Made by a program: the position numbers and the translations under genes. A stretch of 64,000 nt of DNA, taken from contig OX597814.1 in assembly GCA_951406725.2 (NCBI GenBank), forward strand, positions 84,444,001 to 84,508,000. The letters are read 5' to 3'. Shown here piece by piece: positions 1 to 12,391 of the stretch. The DNA is from Octopus vulgaris (Eukaryota). Below the pieces are notes generated by a model. That model did not search any database. It had not been told where the DNA came from and worked only from the letters and a program-made list of their open reading frames with translations. Position 1 is the stretch's first letter, and every line of letters starts with the position of its first letter.

Positions 1-255
1 TGCATTTCGGCAATTTTAACCAATCAATGACCGTCTATTGAGGTGAAAGCATTCTTTGCCGTATGAATATGTCCCTCCTTTAAGAAACAGATTGGGTTTA
101 TTTACATTTGTGAAGAAAAAAATATACCTTTCCCCCACCCCCACCCCTAACCCTAAAACAGATTGAAATGCAATAGATCGATACTAGGATCATAATTATG
201 GGTGACAATTTCATATGACACCGCTAGAAAACTGCCGTTCAAACCGAAAAGATCC
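1..255. mobile_element. Right end of a Merlin-like non-autonomous DNA transposon
   Basis: Ends GAAAAGATCC like the element at 11914-13670, and shares its subterminal motif CGG(C/T)AATTT(T/C)AACCAATCAATGAC. The left end is outside the window. Confidence 0.6.
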
Positions 256-1510
256 AAAATTTCAATTTTCCCCCATCCCACGTCCGCCGTTTGCTTTTTA
301 TATTATAGGCTGCATTGCACAATCTATCATTCTGTATTTAAGGCTGTCATTTGAAGGAGTTTTGGCTACTGTTTTTACCAAAGTCGATCGGCCACTTAGT
401 TTGGTTTCTCAGTAATAATTGTTCTTGTAGAATGAAATATTTGGGAATCATCTGAACGGCTAAAAGCGTAAACAATCACAGAAATCAGATACATTTCTCA
501 ATTAAGAAATATGAACCAATCAATGATCCTTATGCAGTCGCTCATATTTCATATGAGGGACCCTTATGCAAACGGTAGCCAAATCGCCTACAAACTACAC
601 TGTTTTGAGAGATGACTGTTCATTTGAAATCTCCCGTGAATGGTTTTCGATCTTAGTCTTAAACAGCACGTGCTTTTGACTACAACATTCATTATAAACA
701 ATAACACTATCACAATAATAACAAAAAGAAAAATGTAAAAGAAAAACTTATTAACAAGTGATCGTAATATTGGATTAGTTTCTGTAATAATTCTTACCAG
801 TTCGTTACCGTATCTGTTAATATTATATTTTGTTGTGTAATACAGTAGAACACATGCCCATGTTTAATTTGAGTTGCCTAAAAATTTAATCCGGCAAACT
901 GAAGTAAGAGCCAACATAGTGTCGTTTTCTTTCTTTCTTTCTTTTTTTCTGAGTAGTTGTAATTAATTTTAATTTTGCGAAAAATAGTATATTTTTTAAA
1001 CTTTAAATGTACGACAAATATTTTTTTAGATATTCTAAATATTTCTCATTAAGAAAGTTTCGTTTCGCAGATTAAAAGAGTCTACCGCTTTCCATAATAC
1101 AGTTTGTAAATGAGTTAATATCACGAATTGGTTATTTTGTTATAATATAACAAGTACTTTAGAGAAAGTAATAGGCATCTATGACAGTTAGATCTGCGGA
1201 TGAGTTTAGGCGCTCATTATTTTCCCCTCAACATATAGCAATTTCCTTTTCCATCTAACAAATTTCGCTTTTTACTTTTACTCCTTAACATTAATTTTTG
1301 ACAGAAGTTGGGACCAGATGTTATTTTATCGAAGACGATGTTACCGAATGTATGCAGGTTCAGCGATTTAGTGACGAAACCTTTTTTTTTTTTTTTGCAA
1401 TTTTTGGAACCAAGTTATTAAAGTTTAACAGTGTTAAAGTTCAACTTTTTTTTTTAATAAATTCCATTGCATTTTTTAGTTACCTTACCTTTGCTCTTAT
1501 ATCTAGTTGA

Positions 1511-1541
1511 TTTGCTTCTCAGTTTTATGGCTAAGATCAAG
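1511..1541 (+). pseudogene. U2 snRNA 5'-end-like fragment (nt 1-31)
   Basis: TTTGCTTCTCAGTTTTATGGCTAAGATCAAG versus the U2 5' end as I recall it (ATCGCTTCTCGGCCTT(A/T)TGGCTAAGATCAAG), about 25-26/31 identical and ungapped. Similarity stops at 1541. Confidence 0.5.
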
Positions 1542-1654
1542 GTCTAATATGTAGCTGATTTGCAGATTGTTTAATCCGAGATCAGAACTGATTTAGAAGT
1601 AATTCCAGACTGAATCTGAGTTTCAGATCATGCAACCTCTCCCTAAACTTTCGG

Positions 1655-1656
1655 CT

Positions 1657-1698
<42 letters not shown>
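1655..1698 (+). repeat. (TC)n microsatellite abutting the Tx1 element
   Basis: About 20 TC units visible directly. Confidence 0.95.
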
Positions 1699-1700
<2 letters not shown>

Positions 1701-4030
1701 TATTCGCGGCCTGCGGTCGTATTGGAAGCAAGGCTACCTCCTTAACAACCTTAGGTCGCATCGTTTGGATGTAGTGGTAATTACCGAATCCAGACTGAGT
1801 GGGCTGCAGGCTTTTTCGCCCCTTCTAAACGGCTACGAGAAATACGTTTCTCCCTGTCGACCTTGAGGGGGCGGAGGAGTGGCAGTGCTGGTCAGGAAAA
1901 ACCAGGATTTAGAGATTAGAACTGTCTTTATAGATCCGGAAGGCAGGTTGGTCGTTTTGGATGTGACGCACAGCAGTGGTAAAGTGTTCAGGCTGGTTGC
2001 TGTCTATGCTCCCTGCGAAGGAAAAGCTGGGCAGAAAGATTACTTCAAAAGCCTAGAGAATTTTCTTGGCACGCCGAACACATTAGTATTGCTAGGTGAC
2101 TTCAACAATAATTTGCGATGCACGCGTAGATTATGTCGGCTCGAGAAAGAATAGGAGGGGATTACCTCACCTCAACGATCTGCTAAGTCGTTTCGAGTTG
2201 GCAGATCGATTCAGACTGGACCACCCAGACACTCCAGCGTGGACCTGGGCAAGAAACGACGGGTCGTCCAGATCTTATATAGATAGAATCATAACTAGAA
2301 GGAAAGATAAGAAAATACTTAGTTGTCCACAACACCATATCGTCAGCTACAGCGATCACAAATTAGTGACCTGTACGCTTGACATAGATAGCATGTGTAG
2401 ACGAGGTACCGGTTACTGGAAGCTAAACAATATTATATTGGATTGTGAAGCCTAGAAGCAGATTAGACAATTAGTAATGTGGGCATTAACCGGATCCATT
2501 ATCAACAACAAATGGTGGTACGCCCTGAAAAGAGCCATCAAATTTGAGTCAATTAGGTTTAGCAAAGAATTAGCTAGTGCTAGAAACAAAGTAGAAAAGG
2601 AACTAGTTAAGGCAGAAGATGAGGCAATGAGGTCAGGCAGTGCATCGAAAGTGTTAGCGGCGAGGTTGGCACTCGACCAACACCGCAAAGCTAAACACAA
2701 AGGGTGCATTGTCAGGGCTAAGATCCGTGCAATGAGACAGGAAGGAATCAACACAGCCGGATGGGCCCGGGTGGTAGAGGGCCAGCATGGCAACAACTCA
2801 ACTATTCGATCTTTGACGGACCCAAATGGTTGATCAGTAAATGAACCCGTGGAGATGTGCAAAGTGTTTCATGATCATTTTGCCCAGCTATTCGGGAGGA
2901 GCGGAAGACTGGAGCACGGAGATAAGCTCGCAGACTTCCTAGCCAGTTCGCCGTGTCTATCGAGGCCGGATGCGGAATCTTGTGAGGTGCCGATCACAGC
3001 CAAGGAAGTCGGGGATGTGTTGGCAGACTGTGGCGGGGACAAATCACTGGGACTCATTGTTTGAGCACCTATTTGCATGCGTGTACACCAACTGGCAGCA
3101 GAACGGGAGAATTCTCAAGTCTGTGAGCCAAGGGGTGGTAGCGCTGTTAAGAAAGGACCCAAACAAGGGGAATTTAATTGATAATTTTCGGCCCATCACT
3201 CTGCTTAATGCAGAGTTGAAGATTTTGGCCAAGGTCTTAGCAAAAAGGTTGGCGTGGGTTGTGGGTGAACTTGTTGGCGAGGCGCAAACTTGCACCGTCC
3301 CTGGAAGGACCATCCATGACAATCTCCACTTTCTACGCTATGCCTTAGAAAGGGTAAATAGGATTCCTGGCAACGGTGGGGCTATGGTCCATTTGGACCA
3401 ATCAAAAGTGTTTGATAGAGTAGACCATCAGTATCTGGCGGCAGTCCTTACAGCGGCTGGCTTCGGCTTGACCTTCCACGGATGATTCAACGCTTTATAC
3501 AGCAACATCGAATCGGTAGTTTGAGTAAACAGTTTCTTTTTGGAGCTGTTCTGCATTGAACATTCGGTACGTCAAGGGTGCCCTCTCTCCCCGCTTCTCT
3601 ACGTTTTGGCCCTTGAGCCATTGCTGAGGAAGTTGGAAACTATGAGGGGCACTCCGCAAGATCTAGGGTGCAGAAAGTCAGCTTCAGCATATGCGAACGA
3701 CATGACCGTCATCGTATCCCGGGTTGAGCACCTACAGTGGGTAGGTGAGGCCTTAAGGGATTACAGAGCGGTGGCAGGAACAAAAGTCAACCGGGATAAA
3801 TCAGTCAGCTTGCAACTCGGCACCTGGAGGGGCAAGTCGATGCCTTCCGACAGCATCGTAGGGCATTGGACGGAAGGGCCAGTGAAAATGCTTGGAATCT
3901 GGTTAGGTCCAGATCTCCAGATAGAGAAGAATTGGAGCGAGGTGGTGAGAAAGGTAGCTCTCTTAACTCAGACCTGGTCTGAGTGGAAGCTGTCCTTGAA
4001 ATGGAGGGCGGAGGCTGCAGAGGTGTTTAT
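1699..4030 (+). mobile_element. Tx1/L1-clade non-LTR retrotransposon ORF2 (APE endonuclease + RT), decayed and truncated
   Basis: Broken ORFs give IRGL...DVVVITE, VAVYAP, LLGDFN, SYIDR, SDHK, GYWKLN (endonuclease) and NFRPITLLNAELKILAK, DQSKVFDRVDH, SVRQGCPLSPLLY, AYAND (RT). Several stops and frameshifts; GC-richer than the flanks. Confidence 0.93.
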
Positions 4031-4367
4031 GAATAAATAGATGAGAAATTGATTTTCGGACCATGGGCAGCTGTGCATACAATAAGTTTGGCAGTATCTG
4101 GCAATGAAGGCCTCTCTTAAATCCAGGCATCCACTGTCTGCCACTGTCTCTCACTCAGTCACTTTCAATCATCAGTTGCATTTGAAGGAAAATAGTGTGG
4201 GAAAGTATAAATCCAACATACGACGAAATTGACTAATGACCTGTCAGTCGGAACGGAACTCAGTCGTCAAAGAAAAAGTGTAATCACAATCTACACCAAA
4301 GTAAACCCATGTGAATTATCTGAAACTCCTTTCCTTCCCTATCTGAAAAATTTCACAAATTTCAATA

Positions 4368-4514
4368 TGTGGTAAGAAGCTTGCTTCCCAATCACACGAT
4401 TCCAGGTTCAGTCCCAATATGTGACACCTTGGGCAATTGTCTTCTACTATGTCCTCAGGCTGACCAAAGCCTTGCGAGTGGATTTGGTAGACGGAAACTG
4501 AAAGAAGCCCATCG

Positions 4515-4551
<37 letters not shown>

Positions 4552-4773
4552 GTGTGTGTTTGTGTTTGTCCTCTCACCATCACTTGACAACTGATGCTGG
4601 TGTGTTTATGTCCCCATAACTTAGCGGTTCAGCAAAAGAGATCAATAGAATAAGTACTAGGCTCCCAAAGAATAAGTCCTGGAGTCAATTTCTTCAACTA
4701 AAACCCTTTAAGGTGGTGCTCCAATATGGCCACAGTCAAATGACTGAAACAAGTAAAAGAATAAAAGAATAAT
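4368..4773 (+). mobile_element. tRNA-derived CORE-type SINE with AAGAATAA tail
   Basis: A-box-like TGTGGTAAG, B-box-like GGTTCAGTCCC, CCTTGGGCAA core, internal (TA)n/(TG)n, tail GACTGAAACAAGTAAAAGAATAAAAGAATAA. Near-identical copies at 4825 and 50591. Confidence 0.85.
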
Positions 4774-4824
4774 CCAAATCAAACACATCTGAAACATATT
4801 TGTAAAAGATTTCACAAATTTCCT

Positions 4825-5253
4825 GTGTGGAAAGAAGCTTGCTTCCCAACCACACGGTTCCAAGTTCAGTTCCACTGCGTAGCACCTTGGGCAAGTTTCT
4901 TCTACTATAGCCTTGGGCTGAGCAAAGCCTTGTGAGTGGATTTGGTAGGTGGAAACTGAAAGAAACTCATCATATATCTGTGTATGTGTTTGTGTGTGTG
5001 TGTGCATGTGAGTATGTGTCTATGTATATATTTGTGCGTGTGTGTTTGTATTTGTCCCCCACCATCGTTTGACAACAGTTGGTGTGTTTACATCCCCGTA
5101 ACTTAGTAGTTCAACTAAAGAGACCAATAGAATAAGTACTAGGCTTACAAAGAATACGTCCTGAGGTTTATTTCTTTGACTAAAAAAGCCATAAAGGCAG
5201 TGCTCCAGCATGGCTACAGTCAGATGACTGAAACAAGTAAAAGAATAAAATAA
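4825..5253 (+). mobile_element. Second copy of the same SINE, in tandem
   Basis: Same head, core and tail as 4368-4773. Confidence 0.85.
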
Positions 5254-6059
5254 TACTTCTGAAAGTTATGAGGAACAAAGTTGAGTGGGAGTGGGTGGGC
5301 ACTTGTGTAGGTATGGCAGTGGATTTTCAGATTAACTGTCTCGCATAAATTGGTATTTCTCCATATAGATCAAGATTTTACAATTTTTTTGTTATCATAC
5401 ATTTCAAAACAATAGTGGAGGGAAGCCTTTCTAAAAAGAAGTTTTAATTCATAATTTTTAAATGTCTTCCCCTATTCCCCACCTCCTTGTACCATCATGA
5501 CAACCATGTTCTCTTCTAAAAAAATTCCCTCCCCACTTCAAGTTATAGTTTTTCATATTCTGAAATACATGTATTTCACATTTCTAGAGCAAACAAATTT
5601 AAATCAATGTATTTTGACTATTTGGGACAACAACCACCCCTAATTCTTTTTCTTTTTGGTTATTTTTCCTCATTTTGTTGCATTTCACATTCAGAAGCAT
5701 TTAGAATTCACATTTTAAATAAATAAAATCTTATTCCTCCCCTTTCATCATAAAATGAGTTTTATTTTTTTCTTTTTGTTTCAGTTTCATTGTTTTTCAT
5801 TTTCTTTTTTCTTGCATATCTTTGCCATATTGTAAAAATTTTTTTCTGCACAACATAAAAATTAAATTGAAAGAAAAAAATGTATATATATATATCAACT
5901 CTTACCAGATTCATATTGACATAATTCCCATGAAATTTAATTTTACATATCACTTTTTTTTTTTTTCATCTTCCACAAAAACAATAATAGAAATATATTG
6001 TTTTACTTGAGAAAAGATGCTGCAATCACCTGTCCGATTGATACATTCTTTACTGCTCT

Positions 6060-6237
6060 GCAATCAGTATGCCATGGCACACTGATGTGCCATGAGACAA
6101 TGCTAGGTGTGCTGCAGTGTAACCTGAATATAATTTTTTTCCCTATACTTTTAGTTATATTTTTAGCTCAGGTGTGCCACCAAATTTGGAAAAAAATATA
6201 AATGTACCGCAAGTGAAAAAAGGTTGCAGAACACTAT
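6060..6237. mobile_element. hAT-like MITE remnant
   Basis: Internal GTGTGCC/GGCACAC repeats and terminal AAAAGGTTGCAGAACACTA resembling a CAGTGTTCTxCAACC-type TIR. Confidence 0.45.
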
Positions 6238-6251
6238 TTTAAATGACTGAA

Positions 6252-6715
6252 ATCATCATCATCATCATTTAACGTCCATTTTCCATGCTGCCATGGGTCG
6301 GACTGTTTGACAAGAGCTGTCAGGGTTCCATGTCTGTTTTGGCATGTTTCTATGGTTAGATGCCTTTCCTAATGCCAACCACTGTAGAGTATACTGGGTG
6401 TTTTTACACAGTACCAGCATAGACACTTTTATGTGACACTGGCATAGGTGCTTTTTATGTGACACCAGCACTGACAAGCCTGCAAGATTAGGATTGCTCA
6501 GCTGAAAAGGGATGTAGGGGACATGCCTGTATGCAAAGACAACCATGATTTTACTTAGCTTGCCATGTCTTCTTAAGCACAGCAAACTGCTAAAAATCTC
6601 CAGTTCCTTGTCATTCCCTCTGTGAGACCCAATGTCTGAAGATCCTTTCTCACCACTTCATCCCACATCTTTCTGGGTCTAACTCTTCCACACATTCTTT
6701 CACAATTAGATACTT
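6252..6715 (-). mobile_element. 5'-truncated RTE LINE 3' end with (ATG)n tail
   Basis: Matches the 3' end of the RTE at 23614-25850, including the ORF-end peptide RPRKMWDEVV on minus. Confidence 0.8.
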
Positions 6716-7188
6716 CTTTCAAATTTCCATTAATTGAGAAAGGTAAATGTAGGAAGAAGGGGGTAAGAATTAAAAAAATTCTTATTACATATATTTCAGA
6801 ATGTATCCTGCCTTGCTTAACACAGTACTGTGTAAGTTGAGGAATATTTGATTACTATTTCTAGCAGATAAAGCAGCCATACTGAGCTCCTCTCATTGGT
6901 TCATATAAACTAGAATTTGATTTTCAGTGATATTGTTCCACTTTAACTGGTAAGACAAATCAAAATGAAAACAGAAAATTAATCAAAATAAACTCTACCT
7001 TTTGTAGCCATGAGTAAACATTAATACACCAGCCTATAGTTTTGATGTAGATGTTCTTTAACTCCAGGTGAGCTTTGATCAAAAGTACTTTAACCATCTA
7101 GACTTTTTGGATTATTCCATTAGAATTCACATTACTCTGTTAAATGTAATGCTTCTTTGTTTTGAATTAATTATGCATTATTTAGTAG

Positions 7189-7707
7189 TATGGCAGATTT
7201 GAAACCAAATTACTGGATAGCTGAGTAGACATCACAGCCAAGCCACAGTTATTTCACATGATTGGCCAATTAACCAGCCAGTCAGCATTGAGCCATCATG
7301 ATTCAACTTTCTAGCACTTTCTCATTGAACTATCTCCTATATAAGTGTTTTTTTTACTGTAACTCCAGAATGTTGAGACAACCACTTGACGTCTCCATTC
7401 TCATGTCAATTTAGAAGGCACAGGTTTTGTGAACATGAATATTACATGATTATTTTCCAGTTGTGATGGGCTAGCCACAGATTGATATATACCAGTTAGA
7501 ATGTCGTAGATCCCAGTAGTATGTCTGTCCTGGTAATTTAATGTCATTGCTATTTTTCATCCAGAGACCAACACAGAAAACACTATGTGCAATAGATAAA
7601 ACTTCTGTTGTTTGTGACTGTTGGTTATCATTTTTATATGCAACACTAGAAAGATATTTTTGCTTTCCACCAACATCAAGTTGGTACACAGATGACACCT
7701 CATGACA
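7189..7707 (+). mobile_element. Insertion (possible solo LTR) splitting a piggyBac-like MITE
   Basis: The MITE consensus stops at 7188 and resumes at 7708. Flanks GTAG/GTAA resemble a 4-bp TSD; the insert ends in CA and has an internal TATATAAG. Confidence 0.4.
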
Positions 7708-7881
7708 GTAATTTTGAGGTTTCAATGATATGATTGTTTATTTTTAGAATGATATTGTAGCATAGTGTGAGAAGTAGGATCTGGTCAGCTTGAACATAAA
7801 ATAATTAGAATATTTGAGCTAGATATGGGGAGTTTCAATGCTAAAGGGGTATATAAATATGTGTGTGTGTGCATACACACT

Positions 7882-8136
7882 TAGTAATGAAGTCAAACCA
7901 AATAGCGATATTTCGAAGTTGTTTAATACATACATTTCAGGTTTGTGTAATATATGATAGGAAATGCATTCATTATGTAAACCTTTCTAAGTTAAAGCAC
8001 TTCAAAATATTTTGAACTGCTTTAACTGAGGAAGATTTACATAATGGATGCATTTCCTATTATATATTATACGTAACCTGAAATGTATGTATTAAGCAAC
8101 TTCAAAATATCACTATTTGGTTTGACTTCATTATTA
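7882..8136. repeat. ~255-bp loopless palindrome made of two inverted hammerhead-like motifs
   Basis: Arms of ~125 bp pair around the centre TTCAAAAT|ATTTTGAA (8001-8016); mismatches are mostly transitions. Confidence 0.93.
8018..8098 (+). ncRNA. Minimal type I hammerhead ribozyme-like motif (Penelope-type)
   Basis: Stem I TGCTT(T)AA/TTAAGCA; core CTGAGGA 8026-8032; stem II AGATTTACATAAT...ATTATACGTAACCT; GAAA 8080-8083; minimal stem III with loop TGTAT; cleavage triplet GTA 8089-8091. A more degenerate mirror copy lies on minus at ~7920-8000. Confidence 0.7.
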
Positions 8137-8640
8137 CAACTCATAAGACTCAATACCATTACAAATTCATCAGTCTAGGCTCTACTTATGTGGATACTCT
8201 AACAACAATTTAGAGTAGTTTGTTATATTTGACTCAAGTTGAAAATTTTGGTACCATGCACTGCTTCTTAGTATAACATGAAATATATATATATATATAT
8301 TATATATATATACATATATATATTACTAATATATAATTATATTAAAGGGTGCGGATAAACCCCACCAACATGCTAGAAATAGACACCAAATGGTTCTAAA
8401 ACCAACACCTACTCTTTGTTACCTGTATGGTTTTATCCTTAATTTTGTATAAATATATATTTTACTCCTGATCAAATTGTATTTGCTGCGATATTATTTT
8501 GATTGTAAAAGCATGTGTTTGAGATGAAAAAATTAGATTTAAATAGTGTACATGTAAATGTATGTATATAATCATGCAGATATATGTTGTTCATATGGGT
8601 ATGTATAAATATTTGCATTTATATACTATGGGTATATTGT

Positions 8641-9428
8641 ACTGATGATTAGGAAAGGTCAATTTGTCCAAAAAGGCAAAAGAAAATCACTACATCAGAT
8701 ATAAAAGGCTCTTAATCAAACTGAAAAATCCAGCAGATTTGATTTGGTTTTTCTCAAACGAGAAAAACTTCAACCAAGATCAAAAAGTTAACAAAAAAAA
8801 TTACAGATGGTTATGTGCACACCCTTCTGAAGTTCCAAGTGTTATACATACAAAATTTCCTGCAACTGTCATGGTTTTAGGGGTTGTCAGCAATGAAAGA
8901 CATGTGACCTCTCCTTACTTCTTTCCACAAGGCCTTAGAGTTAACTCTGCTGCCTACATAGAGGTCCTGGGAATAATTGTTAACCCCTAGATAGATAGTG
9001 TATGCAATGGAAGACCATATGTGTTTCAGTAAGACTCTGCACTATTACACATGGGAATGAGTGGCTGAAAATTTTCATGATCACATAACCCCTAACATTT
9101 GGACTCCTAATTCCCCAGATCTCAATCCATTGGACAATTTACATGTGGAGCATTGTTGAGAGATCAATGAACACACCCATAACACCAAAGATTCTATGAA
9201 AGCTGCCATAGTAAGAGTAATGTCCAAAATGAACCAGGACCACTTGATCCAAGCATATAAATGATTTAGATCTTACAGAGAAGCAGTTGTTGAAGCTGAA
9301 GGTAGCTTTATTAAATAACATTATAGAAAAGGTGGTTTATTTTTATCCTCATAGCATTTTTTGATAAATAAAGTTATACGTTTTTTTATAAATATAAATC
9401 TGTCCTCAAATATCTTACACACCCTATA
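8641..9428 (+). mobile_element. Tc1/mariner superfamily (maT/DD37D-like) transposase remnant with right end
   Basis: WFFSNEKNF...KFPATVMVLGVVS, then VFQ*DSA and WTPNSPDLNPLD (third catalytic residue D) in broken frames; ends CACACCCTATA. Confidence 0.8.
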
Positions 9429-10794
9429 TATATATACTGCCAGTGTAAGAACAGTCTGAAAAAAATTCAGGAAGTTACTATAGTTGAGAGACATGGCTTT
9501 AATGTCTAGCAAAGGTTCTTAATCTGGGCAGTAGTGTCCCCTTTCAGGGGTGCACAGGCTATAAGGAGGGGTTCTGGGTATTTAGAGGGGTTGTAATTTT
9601 CCTAAGAAATAAAATATTTAAAACATGTCCAATAGTGTATATAAAGGCTTATAGTCCAAGTAGTGTCCTTGAAAAGCACATCTGCATGTCCACAATAATC
9701 AAACATTTTATTTTTGAATCTTTGTCTGAAGAATTACAGTATATGTAACCTTCGTAACTCTTATCCTGTATCAAGACACATACGACATGGATACCAAATT
9801 TTTCCATTATTTTGTTTTGATATAAGACATGTACAACATTTATATATTAACACTTTAGCATTCAGGTTACTCCATCAAATGTAATGTTTATTTATTCACA
9901 TTGCTTTAAATTAATCATGTATTATCTTGTAGCCTTGAGATTTCTAAATTTCAGGCTTTGTGTCTATAGTAGAAAGGATTATAAATCATTAACTTTCTAT
10001 AATTAAATGCAAAATAGTTCACCTTTGACTTTTATATTTTTTCTGTTACTATCATTTTCAATCTTTGAAAATGAATAATCACAAAATAAGTGTTAGCATT
10101 ATTTAAATGAGAGAGCATTTGTAAAATAGCATTCAGTAAAAGAGATCACTGAACAACAAAAGATTAAAATCTTCTGATCTTGTGTTCTAGCCATAAACAT
10201 TCCATCTTTTTAGGATCAATATAAATATCATCATCGTTGTTTAACATCCGTCTTCCATGCAGGCATGGATTGACTAGTTTGACAGGAGCTGGCCAGGAAG
10301 GAGCATGCAGCAGACTTGTGTGTGTTTTAGCAGGGTTTTTACAGCTGGGTGCCCTTCCTAACACCAACAATTCCGATCTTTCAATTTTTAAAGATTTTTA
10401 GGGCTAGCAGGTAGAGTTTTAGCTATTTCAGGGAGTAACAACCCTACCTATCATGAGTTCTGGGTTCAGCTGACAGCTTTGTACAGGCCTCAAAACTAGG
10501 TTTAAAGATCAAACTTTTAGTAGTAGAAAGGTGAGTGAGGCAACAATGATTAATGACAGACTCTTAATTTGATGGTGCCATCATATATTACTGCAAACTT
10601 ATGAACCAAAATAATGGTATCTACAGCTGCAGAAGTGGGTACCAGGGAACCATACAACTTTAAATAATATGGACATGAATTGGGACACAAGATGCCATGT
10701 AGAAGCTTCCTCATTGGTTCAAGGCTTTCGTGTTACCATGTCTGGTTAAAGAAATGTTTTACATGATTACAATTATGGCTGTTTAGTTAGTCAT

Positions 10795-10962
10795 ATCATC
10801 ATCATCATTTAATGTCCGCTTTCCATGCTAGCATGGGTTGGATGATTTAACTGAGCACTGGCGAACCAGATGGCTGCGCCAGGCTCCAATCTGATCTAGC
10901 AGAGTTTCTACAGCTGGATGCCCTTCCTAACGCCAACCACTCCGAGAATGTAGTGGGTGCTT
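10795..10962 (-). mobile_element. Short RTE-tail retroposon with (ATG)n tail
   Basis: catcatcatcatttaatgtccgctttccatgctagcatgggttgga...ggatgcccttcctaacgccaaccac. The same family occurs at ~10227, 11455-11725(+), 33273, 51170, 53000-53360(+), 53975-54165(+), 54500-55005(+) and 57570-57925(+). Confidence 0.8.
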
Positions 10963-12391
10963 ATATATATATATATGACACATACATACATGCACACACA
11001 CATTATCCTGGGGGAGCCTTTATATAATCACTCAACTTGTTAGACATGGCACACAACAGTTGTTCCCTGAAATGAAACCCATTTTTAATGTGTCAAAAAA
11101 GAAAACATTGGGTAATATAATCCAAGAACAGCTGACCTGAAGGCTAAACAACTTATAACAATGGTTACTTTCACGTGCCAACAAATCATAGTGCATTCCA
11201 CACTATTACTTTATTTTGTTTTATTAATAGATGAAAAGTAATTTGCTTAATTTTTAAACTGTGAGTTACAGTACTAGGTCAGGATTAAGGTTAATATTCA
11301 AACCATATCATATATAAAAATTATAAATCAATGAAATAAGATTAGTATAAAATAAACAATTGCAGCATGGAAGATGCATATTAGCCATTCAGTAACACAC
11401 AAAGACTGTTGACTTTATTTAAACATTTATTATTTGTAATATGATCAATGTAATATAGTCGTGGCTAATACTGGTGTCACAAAACAGTCACCCATGCCAA
11501 TGATACGTAAAAGGCACCCTTTAAATATTGGGCTTCATGGAGGTGATAAGTGACCAAGACCTTTGATGATATGCCGTACTTGGGAAGACTCATGACAAAT
11601 GAAATTGTAGCTGTGGTCAATGTCAGTGTCACCTAACTGGCATGTAAAAACCATGCCAAATTAGATTGGAACCTAATACAATTCTCCAGCTTACCATGGA
11701 AAGCAGATGCTAAATGATGATGATGGTGTCAAAATTTCCATCACCTGGTCACTAACAACATAGTCACACTGTGTTTCTAAATGGCTAAAATGTGATCCAC
11801 ACTGCAATCATTTTAATTTTGACATATGATCTCAGATCAAAACACTTCCCATGCAAGTGCATCTCCATTTTAGTATAAAATAGAATTATGTAAATTTGTT
11901 GGGAACACTACAGGGATCTTTTCCCTTTCAATAGCAGATAGAAAGATTAATTTTTTGTAACTAAACACTTTCAAACTTCAGACACTGGTAGAATGTGTCA
12001 TATAAAACATCTTTTACTCTTAGCGTTTTTGAGAAAAGTTTATATTTTCAAAGTTATTTCGTGTTAAAGTTGTCGGATTTCGGTAATTTCAACCAATCAA
12101 TGACGTGTATTCAGCTGAATAAAATTACTGCCGTTGTTTGTCAACAACAACTATCGGTGGTGTATGTTTCATTTGTCAGTTATTTATGACATCATGTGTT
12201 TGTACTGGTTTTAGCTTTAGTGGGTTAGGGTTAGAGTTATGGAAAAAAGTGAAAAATGAAGAAATTGGAGGTGGGGGGTTCAAGATTCTGATTTTTGGCA
12301 ATTTTCCGGAATATCCATATCTGAAAAGCTGGGTTTTTCGCAAAAAAATGTTTAAAAAAACAATAATTTGAGAAAATGGTGGGGAGGAAGT

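Noticed and set aside
144-155. Telomeric (CCCTAA)2 here, and (TTAGGG)2 at ~12222
   Set aside because: Only two units, inside Merlin-like elements; not an interstitial telomere array.
4089-4102. AGTATCTG after the Tx1 element as the resumed U2 sequence
   Set aside because: Only an 8-nt match, ~60 nt from the apparent element end; compatible with chance.
4368-4445. tRNA genes at SINE heads
   Set aside because: A/B-box-like motifs continue into SINE core and tail sequence; no complete cloverleaf is evident.
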